Below, in pieces: positions 25,424 to 39,443 of a stretch of 64,000 nucleotides of DNA (the first letter of the stretch is position 1; each line of letters opens with the position of its first letter). Below the pieces are notes generated by a model. That model did not search any database and was not told the DNA's origin. It was given only the letters and a program-made list of their open reading frames with translations. A program made the position numbers and the translations under genes. The stretch lies in assembly GCF_009914755.1 (NCBI RefSeq), contig NC_060927.1. One strand, 5' to 3'. This stretch comes from the human T2T-CHM13v2.0 reference genome, Homo sapiens.

Positions 25424-27499
25424 GATTGTTTTTGCTAACTGCTACTCACCAGCCATTGAGGCTAATTCCCATTGCTTCAGGAAGACAACAGAGTTCAGGC
25501 AAGAACAGGGCATTAGGCATTCAGCTTTTTACATTCAAAATAGGCTCCTAAAGCACATTCAGAGACAATAGTGGTGAAAGCTGTAACTTCCATTTTATAA
25601 GAGCTGAGATTTTTTGAGAGAGAGAAAAAAGTTGTTGCTGGTTCCAAAGATCTGAAGCTTGTAAACTCAAAAGATCAGAGGAAAGAGGGTCTGTCCTGAG
25701 AGAAGTTCTGCCACTACACAGGGAGGAGAAAGAAGCCTGGGACATAACCTAGAGGAACGTGGAAGGAGGACAAGAACAAAGGCAAGATGTGGTCCTCCTG
25801 TCCCACAGGGAAAGCGGACAGGAAGATGTGTGTGAGCCGGTAAAATAAATCAGGAGGGTTGAATTCGAGACACGCTGAAAGTGAAAGGGGCTTCCCAATT
25901 CAATTCAATAGTTCTTGGAGGAAGCCCCCTCAGAATGTGCCCCACGTAGTCAAGAAGGGCTGTAGAGCAGAAACAGAGGCTTGTGGCATTTAGGCAGTAA
26001 GAGCACCTGAGATAGTACTCGTAGTTTCCACAGAGATCCATAACTCTTCATGTTCCAGTGGAGAAACCCAGAAAAAGGCAGAGAAGTTCCATGCATAGCC
26101 AGGGCCTGTGTGTCAAGTGCATAGACCTCCTGACTGTAGTTCATTACATGGTCCATGGATAGTGGCAGAGGCAGCAAGCAGGCAGCAGAAACTGAGCAGA
26201 AGAGGGCAGCCAGTGGAAGGCACCCTTCCCTTGCAGCTACCATGCTGGATATGTTTCCCTTTGCATTCAGACACCATCCTGGAGAGGAAAAGAGGGAGAG
26301 CAGAAACCCTAAGAAGGAAGATCAGGCTTGATAGTGAGTTTCAACTTTTAATTATCTGAATTTAAAGCCTGGATTGAGTATTGACCCAAAAAGAAATGAC
26401 ATTTTGATCAGAAGAACCTGAATTATTTTGATAAAAAATTTCCCCCACCGTAAAGAGTAACATTAATTTGATGAGAGTAATAAATTGAATTAAACTGCTA
26501 TACTTGCAAACTGTGACTGAATTTTAAATCTGGTATGTGGGTTTAAAGCACCGGGCACACAGTAGGTACTCAATGATATTACTTAGCCCTTAATAACTGA
26601 ATTAATTACTTAAATTTCCTTCTGTGGATGAAGGAAAGGAATTGTCTAGAAAAAAAAATGACCAAGAAGAAAATATTTTTGGAAGGGACAAGAACCCAGT
26701 CTTAAAGGAATTAGCAGTTATCTATTGCTTTTACCTGCCCAGTTTAGGGACTTCATCCTGGTAATAGCAACCTGATCTTTCCCTGGGGTCCAACCCTGTC
26801 CTGTTCTTTCCATATTATTTAACAGGCTGATCTCATCCCCAGCTCTGGGACTGGGTACATTAGCAAGGCCTGGTCCGTCTGCATACTGTATCTCTGTGTT
26901 CACTGTAGTCAACTCAAGGAAAGAGACAGAATCCAAGTTTTATTCCACTAGGAATTCCAAGGGCTTTTCTTGACACCATTTAGAATGAGGTTCTCCTTCT
27001 GTTGGGTTTAGTACACTGAAAAAAACATAAGAAAGCCTGGACTTCTGTTTCTATCTTGCCAAAATAAAGGAGATCCTGCTTGAAATTAAATTCAATGCAG
27101 AAAAAAGAATTGGGAGATTTACAGAGAATATACCAGGAAGATTTATTTGTGCACCTGGACTCATTCATGATTAACTCCTTGTTTTACTTAAGCAAATTAT
27201 GTTTCTTTCACTATCAAATATAGTACCTTGAATAAAACATACAGGTATGCACTTGCTGTGTCCTCAAGACAACAAGGAACTCAGCCTAGCTAGAGAGCAG
27301 TCTCCAAGGTGAATGATGGTGTCAGAAAAGTCTGCAGAGGCAGGGCAGCAAATATCATGAGGGTTCTTGACTGCCAAGCTTTCTGACTTGATTCTGTTCC
27401 AAGAAGCAGTAAACAGCCAGAGCAGGTTAAGGAAAGAAGTGACATAATGAAAAGATTACTTGGGGGAAATAAGCCTGGCAGCTATATCAGGACTGATTA

Positions 27500-28005
27500 A
27501 AGCAAAGGCTCTTAACATGGTGTTCATGTACTTAGGTTGGAAAGACTTGACAGCTTTATTTACACTAATCTCAATCAAAATGTGGCATTTTGTTCTATTT
27601 TGAATGTAGCAACCAACTTCAGTAGTATCAGCAGTACTTGTATGTTTGCCAACATAAAAGGTACAGATAATTTTATATCCTGTTACCATTGTTGCAGGTA
27701 TATCAAAATACCAATTATACCTATTACTGCCTTAAAATTATAATGCTTACTGAACCTATCACTGCATATTGTTGTATAAGGCATTAATAGAGAAGCACAT
27801 GTATTACTGTAGCATAAATTGGTGGGAGTAAGGTTTCTATTTCAGTAACTGTAGTTTTATATAATTGGTTTACTTTGTAAGCCTATGTATTTTACTTTGT
27901 ACATTTAAAAACGTTATTTAGAAGAGGCCTTGAGTTGTGCCAAAGGGACCCATGGCACAGACACACAGATACACAGGCACAAAAATTAATGATTAAAAAC
28001 TCCTA
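27500..28005. mobile_element. hAT-Charlie-type DNA transposon relic within L2-like sequence
   Basis: Ends resemble Charlie MITEs ('ggctcttaacatgg' ... 'gccaaagggacccatggcaca...ttaaaaactcct'); family uncertain. Confidence 0.45.
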
Positions 28006-29278
28006 CATTAGAGAAGGCATAAGGTCTGGAAGCCAGAAGCTATGGCAGAGGCTGTGACACATTCAGTGATGAAGCCTGGTGGGTTTCAAGTCAGGAGGAA
28101 GCATGAGAAGGAACACATATTCCCAAAAGGCTTTGAACACAATTTCAGCTGGATCTAAAAGAGAAAATGAACCTGTGCAATTCAGGCAATAGAGAGAGCT
28201 CTAAGAAAGCAAGAACTCCATGTTTTGAAACCCAAATGAATGGAGCAAAATGAGCACTAAACAAATGAAGAAATGATGAAAATGGAAAGAATGGGATGCT
28301 GACCTGGTTTGGGATCAGCTTTGTGATTTACTTTAACATAATGATAGAACTTTCCAAAGGAGATGTACCATAGGAAAACCAAAATGTCTCCTAGGAGCTC
28401 AGCTCAGAAGTCAGGGTGGGCTGAGTCTATTTGGAAAGCTTCTGTACAGAAGTGACAGTATGAAGATAAATGCTTTCTCCTAAGGAGAGGTGTGGAGGAG
28501 AGGAAGGACCTGTGGCAAAATCAGGACAGGTATCAGAAGAAACATGGAAGCTGGAGAGCAAAACCCAGAGATGCCTGTCTTAGTAGGTGCAATAAAGTAA
28601 AGTAGATTCTTTAAAATAGAAAAGAAATATGTAGAACAAGGCCAAACTTAGAAAGCTAGAAAGGGGAGGATTCAAGAGAGCAATTTTGCTCAAGAGATAG
28701 GAAGGGAGAATTTAAGAGAGGTGACTGGCTCTTACTAAATTGTGAATAGTACCCCTGATTTATGTATCTTGTGTCTCCTGGCAACTTTTAGCACAGCGCC
28801 TGGCAGTTTTTGAAATGTTTTCATTGTAATCAAAGCATCAGAGACTACAGGCTCTTGATACTTTTTATAACCTAGGAAGACTGCCCTTCCTCAACAGTGA
28901 CCGCATTTGCACATGGCATGTGCATTGTGCAGCAACATAGCAGATGGCACCTTCCCTTCACCTTTATTAAGCACCTTCTCTGTGAGAAGTCCCAGGAGGG
29001 TATCCGGATGAGAAAGTTAGAGTCTCTGCTCTCAAAAAGTTTGCAAATTGTCAAGTATAAAATTGATAGAGGCTGGTATACAAACATCTAACTTTTTTTC
29101 TTTCTATTTGTCAATTTAACCAAGTTCTCAAGCCATCATGTCTATTCAGGAGAAAATTCTAACTCTTTTCAACTCAAAGTACCTCAGAATCTTCTGGATT
29201 TAAACTTGGTCAATTCAGGACTAAAATTTATTATATTGAAGATCTCCATTTAGGACCAGCTATGTAATTTTGGGGGCC

Positions 29279-29969
<691 letters not shown>

Positions 29970-30149
29970 GGGCCCCGTTGCAAAACAACAATGCGGGGCC
30001 ACTAGTTCAAAATTATTAATCATTTTAAGACAACAGCATCAAAGCATTATATGAAGTGTGAGGCCTTTCTGAACATGAGACTCTGTTACAGATCACAGGC
30101 CATGAAGCTAGTCCTGTCTCTGTCCTCTCTCTTCTTTCTCTCCTCTCCG

Positions 30150-31160
30150 TAAGATGAGACTGTTTAAATGTTTCTACTTTCCCTGTATCTAGGTTTATGA
30201 GGCCAGTTTGATACTTGTAGATCATTATCCAGAGAGTAGGCCTCTTTTTCTGCAGAATATTCGTTTTAGCACCTACATTATATATTTCCATTCATTCCAA
30301 CATTGTCCATTGCTTACCATGCTGGGGACTATTCAGAGTCTTTTCTCAGTTATTTGACTCACATGATACATGGAGAGTCATGTACATACTTTCTCTGACT
30401 TATTACAAATTCACAAATCTCATTCTTTCACCCTGTCAGGTGAATCGTCTCTTGGCTGCATATAAGATTCTTCAGCTTCTCTTGGAAGCTTAAAGAAACA
30501 TTATTCCACTGTCTTCTAATTTTCAGTGTTGCTGAAACAAAGTTCAAATGGCAATCATTCTTTTTTTTTTTTCTACGTAAGTAACTTTTTTTGCTATCTT
30601 GAAGTTTATAGGATTTTCACTTTACCCTTTAAGTTCAGCAATTTTCCCAGGGTATACTGAGTTATATGGCTTTTCTCTTTAATACTACCTGGTACTCAGA
30701 ACACTTCTAAGAACTCTGCAGACTAAGGGTTTTCTTTAGCTTCAATTGTCTCATCAGCTCAGATAAATTTCTTTTTATTATTTATTTATAAGTAAACTCT
30801 CCTCCATCTGTTCTTTGCTCCTCTGGAACCGCTATGGTTCATATATTAGGTCTCATGGATCTGTACATCAATTTACTTAAGTTCTTTCTTTCTCCATGAT
30901 TTAGTTCTCTTTGCAATTTTGCTCTGAGTTATAAAATAGTCCTTTCTCTTGATCTTCTAGTTCAGGTTTCAAAGGTCACGACCCTCTTTAATTCATCTAA
31001 AAAACTTTTAGATTAAAAGGTTATAGTTTGTATTCCAGATAACTTTGTTTTCTTTATGATCTGGTCAAATCTCCTTTGGTGTTCTTATCATCTTTGCTGA
31101 ATACTTGAATGTGTTTTCTATCACCTTCATTTCTCTGAGGAGCTGTCTGGACCAGTGCTC
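30150..31160 (-). mobile_element. Old L1 (L1M) fragment
   Basis: 'acattattccactgtcttctaattttcagtgttgctgaaacaaagttc', 'tcctctggaaccgctatggttcatatattagg'. Confidence 0.6.
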
Positions 31161-31163
31161 AGT

Positions 31164-31251
31164 TCCTTTCCCTCTTAGTCTCTCAGTTGACCTGAGTTTC
31201 CAGAGATTCTCATATTCTCCTGGGATGAAGGAGCAGCATCTGGGCCTTCTC
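31164..31251 (+). repeat. 88-bp dispersed direct duplication, copy 1
   Basis: Identical to 32885-32972 except one G/A at 31178 vs 32899. Confidence 0.95.
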
Positions 31252-31329
31252 CTTTCTTGCTCTGGATTCTACACCACTTTACCACTTTACCACTTTACCC
31301 CTGGGCCAGAGCCCACCAGGGATAACACA

Positions 31330-32155
31330 AGAGAGGGCAGTAGAAGAGTCAGCTACGAAGGGGTACAGTGTCTGTAGAGAATTTAAAAATAGCAAAAAAA
31401 CCAACTAGAAGCCAGTCTGCCTTTTATTTTCACCATGCACAGCAATTTAAACAATATCCGTACCTCTTCCCCTAAAATCTGTCGTTGGTCTAAGTTTAGC
31501 TAGTTTTAGCTATGGCTAGTGTTGAGTTTTAATTATACATACGAAACCTTAAAATTAGTGAATTTTGATTACTTACCTTTTAATAAACATTGTATACTGC
31601 ATGGAAATTAATTCAGAAAACTCTCAGTTATAAAGTTGGCCCCCAACACACCAAGACTCAGTTACGAGTGCCTACGAAGATTAAGTTCATCGTAGTACAG
31701 AATTGTTCCAGCTCACTTCAGATTCAATCCACATCTCCAGTCCCTGTGGTACTACATATTCCTACATTTAAACAGTAGGTTCTAAATAAAAAATGATAGC
31801 ACAGTAACCTTAAAGGTAAAGAAAACGCACTTGGGCCACCTGGAGTTCCATTACTATGTGAGCATTTGGAGTTTTTATTTGTGTTCGAAATGTTTTAAAA
31901 TGAAAAAGAGTACAAACTATAAGCCATAATAGTTTTGCTTAGGAAGTGAAAAGTCTAGTTCATACTTGAAATATGTTACTGAATTTTAATAACATTTTGC
32001 ATATTAAAATGTATTGTTTTTCATTAATTGTTTAAAGACAAATTAAGTGATTATTAGCAAATATCAAATATCACTGAAAATAATGTTGTCATAAAAAGGA
32101 GGGGGGTACTTTTAAGTGCCCTGTCTTGGGTCTCAAATAAATAGGTACTCCCAGG
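31330..32155 (+). mobile_element. MER97 (hAT-Tip100)
   Basis: 'gtgtctgtagagaatttaaaaatagcaaaaaaaccaactagaagccagtctgccttttattttcaccatgc...taataaacattgtatactgcatggaa'. Confidence 0.7.
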
Positions 32156-32884
32156 GTTTAACTCTGGGGTACCTTGGCTGACAGTGATGGTACCTGGTCC
32201 TTACCATGGATCATTGCTGGCCCAGCTGTCAAGTTGGCATTCCAGTGGAAGTATTGGGGCAGAGTCTCTGGGCTCCCTGGATGCATCTGGAAACACTAGC
32301 ACTCTCAGGGTCTTGGAAGTAGGGGAGGACTCACTCTGCTTTTTCCAGATCCATCATAGCTTCTTAGGATCTGGCACCAGCAAGAAGTCCCGGAACCACT
32401 CATCGGGTGAGAACACACCCTGCTTCTCAGACCCCTGCTGGCCACATTTTCTCCAGGAAACTGTACTGTGATCCTCCCCACCAGGGCTCTCTGCTAGTGA
32501 CTATGTTCTTATTAGCCCCAGAAATGAAGAAAGCCTTAAGTCAGCTCCCTCCATGGTCTCCAGCAAAGCCCAAAACCTGCTGAAATCTTTCAGAGCATCC
32601 TATCTGCACAAAAATTGGATTTGAGTTGGGCACAGGTCAGCTGGTTTTATGAGAGCGGACCGCCAACTTCCCAGTGTCTCCAGCACTGGTTCACACAGGC
32701 ATAGCTTCAAATGTGTAATATATAACTATATTTTTTAGTAACCAAACTTAACTCAGCTCTTTTGCCATTCTTTCTGCTTGGAATTGAGAAACTTTACTTT
32801 TTCAATCAATGCAAATCAAAAACTGATTTAAACAAGCCGATTCAGGATTTAAATTTGTTCAGTTGAAGATACTCTCTATCTTCC

Positions 32885-32972
32885 TCCTTTCCCTCTTAAT
32901 CTCTCAGTTGACCTGAGTTTCCAGAGATTCTCATATTCTCCTGGGATGAAGGAGCAGCATCTGGGCCTTCTC
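32885..32972 (+). repeat. 88-bp dispersed direct duplication, copy 2
   Basis: 87/88 identical to 31164-31251; offset 1,721 bp. Confidence 0.95.
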
Positions 32973-33009
32973 TGAAACGTGGGGTCCTGTCTGTTCTGCC
33001 TGATCACAC

Positions 33010-33500
33010 TGTGAAGGTTTTAAAGAATGACTTCAAATTCTCTGCACACCTCCTAACAAGATGTGGAGTCTATGCCACCTCTCTTGAACCTGAGCAGTCG
33101 TTTGTGATTGCATCAATGAGGGGAATGCAGCACAAGGGTAGCCTTGTGAGTTTCAAGGCTAGTGTAGAAAAGGCCACGGGGCTTCTGTGAGTTATTCTAG
33201 GAACACTCAGTCTGGAAGCTTTCAGCCATCATGCAAGATGTGTGCCACTGGTGGCTGCCCTGTAGAAAAACTACATGAAGAAAGAAAGAGAATCCTGAGC
33301 AATCCCTGCTGTACCTACTCTCCACTGTTTGAGTCTCCCCAGCTCAGGGGTCAGACATCTAAATATAGAAGCCTTCAATGTAACCCCAGGCCCAGCTATC
33401 ATCTGACTGCAACCACATGACAGACCCTGAACAACTTAGCTGAGTGAGCCCAGTCATACCTTCCCCCAGATTTGTGAACAAAATTAATGATTACTATGGG
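33010..33500 (+). mobile_element. MaLR LTR, MLT1G/H-like
   Basis: 'gatgtggagtctatgccacctctcttgaacctgagcag...catctgactgcaaccacatgacagaccctga'. Confidence 0.7.
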
Positions 33501-33888
33501 CTGAAACTTCAGTGCAAAAGCAGTCCTCAATAATTGCCTGGGAGACTTCCATCCCTTCTTTCAAGTGGATAATGCTCTAAAACTTGTCTATGCTCTGCAT
33601 CCAGTCCTTAGCCTGGGATGAGAAATCCACAGCTTCCCTTATAAAGCCCTGTCAGTGTCACAATGACACCCTGGAGGTCTGCAAGCTCTCCACACTTAGC
33701 CAACTTTCTCTTCCCACTCCAGCATGGGAGACACAGAGTGCTACTTCCCAACCCTTCTCCAGACAGGAAATGCCTTTGCCTAATCATTTCAGTTCCTTCT
33801 TGTTGGCACAGTTCTAGATAAGAAGAAAAATACAAACAAACATCTGGGGATCTCCATCATTATCACCTCCTAAAGAAGATACGCCAAG

Positions 33889-34197
<309 letters not shown>

Positions 34198-34399
34198 CAA
34201 GCATTTTTTTTTTTTTTCAAAACATTGTCTAAGCTCCAGGAACTTCTCTTCCTAATTTCTTCTTCCTGTTGGATGGTTGTACTTTTTCTCTTGTGTGGGA
34301 TTCAAAGGCTCTTATGTCATTTCATACTTCCCCATCTCTATTGTGCATGGTAAATACTGTATTCTCAAATTCCTCAAGGCATTATAGTTTGTTTGCAGC

Positions 34400-34901
34400 T
34401 CAGCCATTTGGAATTTCATCATAAATTATTACTCAAAAAAGCCTGGATCTTGAAAATAAAAAATATACTATCCTTCTAAGTATTAAGAACTGAAACTATC
34501 TATGCCTGCCCAACTTACTCTGCACATGAACATGAATATTCCAGGACACTGTTGCCCAGGAAGATGGAGTTCCAAAGGCCTTTTATTGTATATTTCAGGG
34601 ACTCCTAGAAGTACTCAAAAAGTAACCATAGATAACTCAAACAGGTTCACCAATAATCCGAGGCCTGCTTTGAACTACTTGCCTTGAAATTATTACGTTG
34701 TTATGTCAACTAACTCCACACTATTTTATCACGAACCTTGCGCAAGTCTATTGGAATTGTAAATATTGAAACTTCATCCTCCCCTCCTGAGATGGCATTA
34801 AGACTGTTAAGGGAGTGATCTCCTTTACTGAAGCAAACAATAAACTTGGACTTACTTTATTAATAGATTACTTAGTGATATTTAATAGCCAACATTTGAC
34901 A
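34400..34901 (+). mobile_element. ERV1 LTR, MER67-like (tentative)
   Basis: 3' end 'tctcctttactgaagcaaacaataaacttgg...aacatttgaca'; start uncertain. Confidence 0.45.
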
Positions 34902-35089
34902 CTGTTACTTTTGTGTTATTTACAGAAGCTTATTTAAGAAATCTAAAATTAAAAAATTAGTTTTCTAGGCTATGTCCACTATTTCCTGAGGGCAGGTTGT
35001 ATAGAAGGGAAAGTAATGGGTATAAGAAATAAGGTGTAGGGAAGGAGGAGGAGGAAAGGAAGAAGAGGAGGAAGGGGAGAATACTGATT

Positions 35090-35240
35090 TATTTAATCCT
35101 CAAAACAAACCTATGAGGTAATTATTATCATTATTACTCTCATTTTACAGACAGGGAAACTAAAGCATAGAGCCGAGGTAGCTTTCCCAAGAGTACACTG
35201 CTTGTAAATGACAGAACTGATAGTGAATTCATGCAACCTT
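35090..35240 (-). mobile_element. MIR
   Basis: 'tttaatcctcaaaacaaacctatgaggta...cattttacagacagggaaactaaagcatagag'. Confidence 0.75.
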
Positions 35241-35289
35241 GCTTCTGTTTTTAAACGGTTTTAAACACTGTGATAGTAACCTATTGTTT

Positions 35290-35700
35290 ATGAAACAACT
35301 AAAAAATGGTACAATAAATGCCACAGCATTGGTATGAACAATAGAGTTGAACAGTAGTCAACTCTATCCAGGAGTGGCATGGGATGGGACAGACAAGGCT
35401 CTCTTGGGATTGATGTAAGTGTTGATGTTCGAGTTGAGTCTTGAAAGATGAGCAGGTTTTCCCCCAGGTAAGCTGAATGTGCAAAGGCCTAAAAGTACCA
35501 AGCAGTGTGGAGTATTCAGAAAAATGGTGAGCAGATTCCATACGGTTAGACCTTGGGGAGGTTTGTGAGGAGAAGCAGGCACTGTAAGAGACAAAACCAG
35601 CAAGGCTTCAAGGGCTAGATCATCAAAGGGTCTTGCGGGTTGAGCTAAGGGTTTCCAGAATATGAATTCCTGAATATTGCTATGAGCAGCATGTTTCACC
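35290..35700 (-). mobile_element. L2 fragment
   Basis: 'gagttgagtcttgaaagatgagcaggttt...tgtgcaaaggcct...gggctagatcatcaaagggtcttg'. Confidence 0.65.
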
Positions 35701-37635
35701 ATCCTTCCTGTCTCCCAATAGAGGCTTTAAAATAGTCAAAGAAACGGAATCAGAAATTTCTGCTCTCCCAGCAAAAATCCAACCACCACCCCCGACTCTT
35801 ATCACCACCCAAAAGAAAAAAAGAGCTGCTACAGTGCAAAAACATTCACAGAAAGAAGGTGGAATTTCATCTGCAGTGAGACTCCTCCACTGAAACAAAC
35901 ATGTCAGTTGCCCAACCTGAAAGAGCACATTAAGGCAATATCATTGCTGTGTGTAGGAAAGTTTTCCACTTAAGCACTCTCCTTAAGAATTCCTGCCCCA
36001 GGCGCTTGAGCTAACACAGAAACATATGATGGGTGGAACCAGCAGAAGGAGAGGTTTGAAAAGCTTGCATCCTGTCCGGTACCTTTTTCTTTCTCTCAGA
36101 GCCATCCTATGTTACCATGTATGTGTGCAAAAGGCCAAAGAAAGGAAAGCCGGACTGGAGCAGAAAGAGAAGATAAGTTTCTCATCGATTCTATGACCTA
36201 GGACAAAAAAAGAGTCATGAGGGAAGATGGCAAAAGGTAGCATTTTCAGCATTAATGAATACTTCCCAAGAGCTAGAATAAAACCAGGGCAGAAGTCCTC
36301 GAGACTTCAGACACTTTCATTCTCAGGGTGAGAGCCTACCCAGCTTAAATGAGAGAGGAGGAAAAACAAGCTTCTATTTCTGAATTCCAATACCACTGCA
36401 GCAATCTTCCCTTAAAAAATGGCAAGGGCCTTAGCTTGAAATATTAATTCAGAAATTAGCATTCATTTGCATCCATTTCTTATGTCCCCAACATTGTGAA
36501 TAAAATTAACTTAATTAATGAAATCAATTGCAGAAGTATCAAAGCCGTTATTTGGAGCATAACAAAAGAGAAACTCACAACACACAAGTATATGGAACTA
36601 TTCATTGTCTGGCACACAGCAGGAGCTTAATAGCGGCATATGGACAGAGTGAATGACTAACCGACTGACTGAATGAATGAATAGTCTCCCTTAATAGCTG
36701 TTTGATAGATTCCCTACCCTTTCTGTACCTAAATTTCCTGGGTATAAGAAGCAGGGAGTATGGAGGAGTTGATGTAGTTAACCTGCTATTAAGTGGATGG
36801 CACAGTCCAGTTGTATCTCATCAGCCTGCAAGCCAGATCAAGGCCTTGCCACCAACTAAATACCTGCATAATCAAATCATCACCTCTCACCCATACCCAT
36901 GGCCTTTTCCCAGCTACCCCAAAATCAGGGTTCCCCTTCTTCCTTGCCAAGTAATTAGGCACAATGTTCTGCATGTTAGAGAGAAAGTGATTCCAAGGCT
37001 TGGTTCCCAAAGTAGTTCCCAGGATCCTCAGTGAGCAGGACCCTTGGAAGGGAGGATTCTTGGGACCTTTTGATAAAAGGCACTTGCACCCAAGATGGCA
37101 TGATTAGAAGCTACTTCAGCAGCTCACCCTCACAAGCTATCCTCATCTGAATTGAGAAATGAATTTTTCAGTCCCTGCTACAACTTTTGGCAAAGGAAGC
37201 AAATGAAGTTGTTTCATTCAAATCAGTCAGCCAGGATTTGCTGAGCTTTAAGCTCCTGTCTGCGAGGAACTTACCATCTGTTTGGGGAGACAAGATTTAT
37301 GCCCAAGGAACCACTTGAAGGAGCAGTACAAATAGTATCTAATCAAGAACTAACAGACCACAAGGGAGGATTTCATCCTCTCCCTTCTTTTTGCCAGTGA
37401 CAGGGACAAAAAATGCTTCCAGACCACAATAAACATCCCATGAAACTGAAAGTGAACTGATACCTCACAAAATGGTGATTTCTGGACTGAAAATAGACAT
37501 TCTTTCACCTCCAAAGCACGCCTATGGAGCAAAAACGAGGAGGAAATTTCTGTTATTCTCAGATGATAGCCAAGGAAGTAAATTGCCTTCCACAAGCTCA
37601 TTTTCAATAAATGGCTGCTGCTTGAAGGTTTAGAT

Positions 37636-37822
37636 CAGTGGTCCTCAAACTTATGCGCATCAGAATTGCCTGGGAGACTTGTTAGAATGCAGACTGCTGG
37701 ACCCCACCCTCCCAGAGTTTCTAATTCAGTAGGTCCAGATGGAACTGAGAACTTGTATTTATAATAAATTCCCAGGTGATTCTGATGCTGATGATCAGTG
37801 GACCACACACTGAAATCTCCTG
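37636..37822 (+). mobile_element. MER5A, full length
   Basis: CAGTGGTCCTCAAAC...TCTCCTG; 8-bp hAT TSD GTTTAGAT (37628-37635) / GTTTACAT (37823-37830). Confidence 0.9.
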
Positions 37823-38809
37823 GTTTACATGATTGTGCTGGACATCGTGTGTAAATATTTGTTCTGTGCACATTATAAGTGATGCACAATTCTACATAAA
37901 GCTATATAGCCAGGCAGAGAGATGATGTGAGAGGAGAGGGGCCAGAATAGAAAGGGAGGGAAAAAGGAAAAGTAGGAAGGAAGGATGGAAAAACGGAGGA
38001 AGGAAATGATCACTATGGAAGAGGGTGCAATGATTATAGACTCGAACTCAGGGTTTGGAAAATCAACTCTGTATACGATGATAACATAAAAGAGAAGGAA
38101 GCAAGCAGGAATAAAAAAAAAATGGACTCTTTCTGCTACAGTATGAGAGAGACAGCAGTGGATGGGGTGGTTTCAGGGATCTGGAACTGCAAACCGTCTC
38201 TAAAGTCCCCATTGAACTCCAGATGGTTGTTATTCAAAGAATGGGGTCCAGTATTTGCCAGAGTTGCCAATTTCTCAAAAGAACTAAAATTTTTGGATTT
38301 TCATAAGATCTACTACCCATGAGGTAATGATAAAGAAACTCACAATAGAAAAGACAATCATTTATTCACTACCTAGCATAACCCTGGAAGAGACCAAGAT
38401 TAAGCAATTCTCCAGAATTTGCCAGGAAAATAACCACTGACATCTTTTAAAGGATACTAAAATAATCTCCTCTGGCCAGAAGGCAAGCAGATCTTCTCAA
38501 ATTTGGTGTGATGGGAACTTAAAAGCTTGCCAGGGACATGGAAGCACACTGAACCCTGGCTTCTAAAGAGATGAAGGCCCATTTGCACTGGTTAACAAAT
38601 GTCGTTCATCCCAGACCAAAAAACCATGGACACTGCCACCTAATGAGAGTTGGGTTGCCGAGCAGAGCTCTCCTGACGGGGTCACAGTTGAAAAAAGTGG
38701 CCTCGGTGAGGATTTCCCATTGGATCTATACCCAGCTTTCCTTCACATAGTCCAAGGAGGAAGCTGAGCTCACCGGGCTGAGAGTTACCAAGAAAGCAAG
38801 ACAAGTTGC

Positions 38810-38915
38810 TTCTTGAGGTGTAAGACTGTGTCTCACTCACCTTAGTATCTCCAGGGCCTGGCACATGATCCAGCACAACATGGAAACTCAACGTTGCTCA
38901 CCTGAATAAATGTCT
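38810..38915 (+). mobile_element. L2 3' end
   Basis: 'gactgtgtctcactcaccttagtatctccagggcctggcacat...aaactcaacgttgctcacctgaataaatg'. Confidence 0.65.
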
Positions 38916-39329
38916 TCAAAATGAGACCTGTTTAGAGAATTGGCCCGTTTTCTTAAAAGCCTTTATTTTCCATTCTCCTCTTCTTTTGTCTCCACCAATT
39001 CCTTTGCTTATCCTGCTCCCCAGGACACTGACCCCAGGGTCCTTTTGGTCCTTCTGTATCTGTGTCCATAAAACACATAGCCATTTTAGATGTCAAGAGT
39101 CATTTTTAGAGCCATTATAGCAGGGAAGCCATCCTGTCTTTCATCCCTTTTCTCCAGGGGGTTACAGAATGAGGGAGTAGATAGAAGAAAGAAAAGCTAA
39201 CTTGAAATTTTAAATGTTTTTTAAAAACAGCTTTTAATTAGTAGCTTAGACTCCATAATCCCCAATTCAAGGCTCCTCATAAAAAGTTAAGGTGTATATG
39301 TGGCTCAGTTTGGAGGCTGAAATAGGGTC

Positions 39330-39443
39330 TAGGGTGATCAACTATGTCAATTTGCCTGGGACTGAAAGGATTCCAGAAACGCTGGGCTTTCAGTGCTAAA
39401 GCCCAGAAAGTCCTGGGCAAACTGGGATGAATTGGTCACCCTC
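39330..39443 (+). mobile_element. MER81 (hAT-Blackjack)
   Basis: TIRs TAGGGTGATCAAC / TTGGTCACCCT; core 'ctttcagtgctaaagcccagaaagtcctgggcaaac'. Confidence 0.85.

Noticed and set aside
25550-26520. Ancient Gypsy-type LTR
   Set aside because: Only a vague compositional resemblance; no confident termini.
31164-32972. The 88-bp repeats as TSDs or LTRs of a new 1.6-kb mobile element
   Set aside because: The repeats have no TG...CA ends or outer TSD, and the enclosed DNA has no poly(A) tail and contains an ancient MER97. A local duplication is the simpler explanation.
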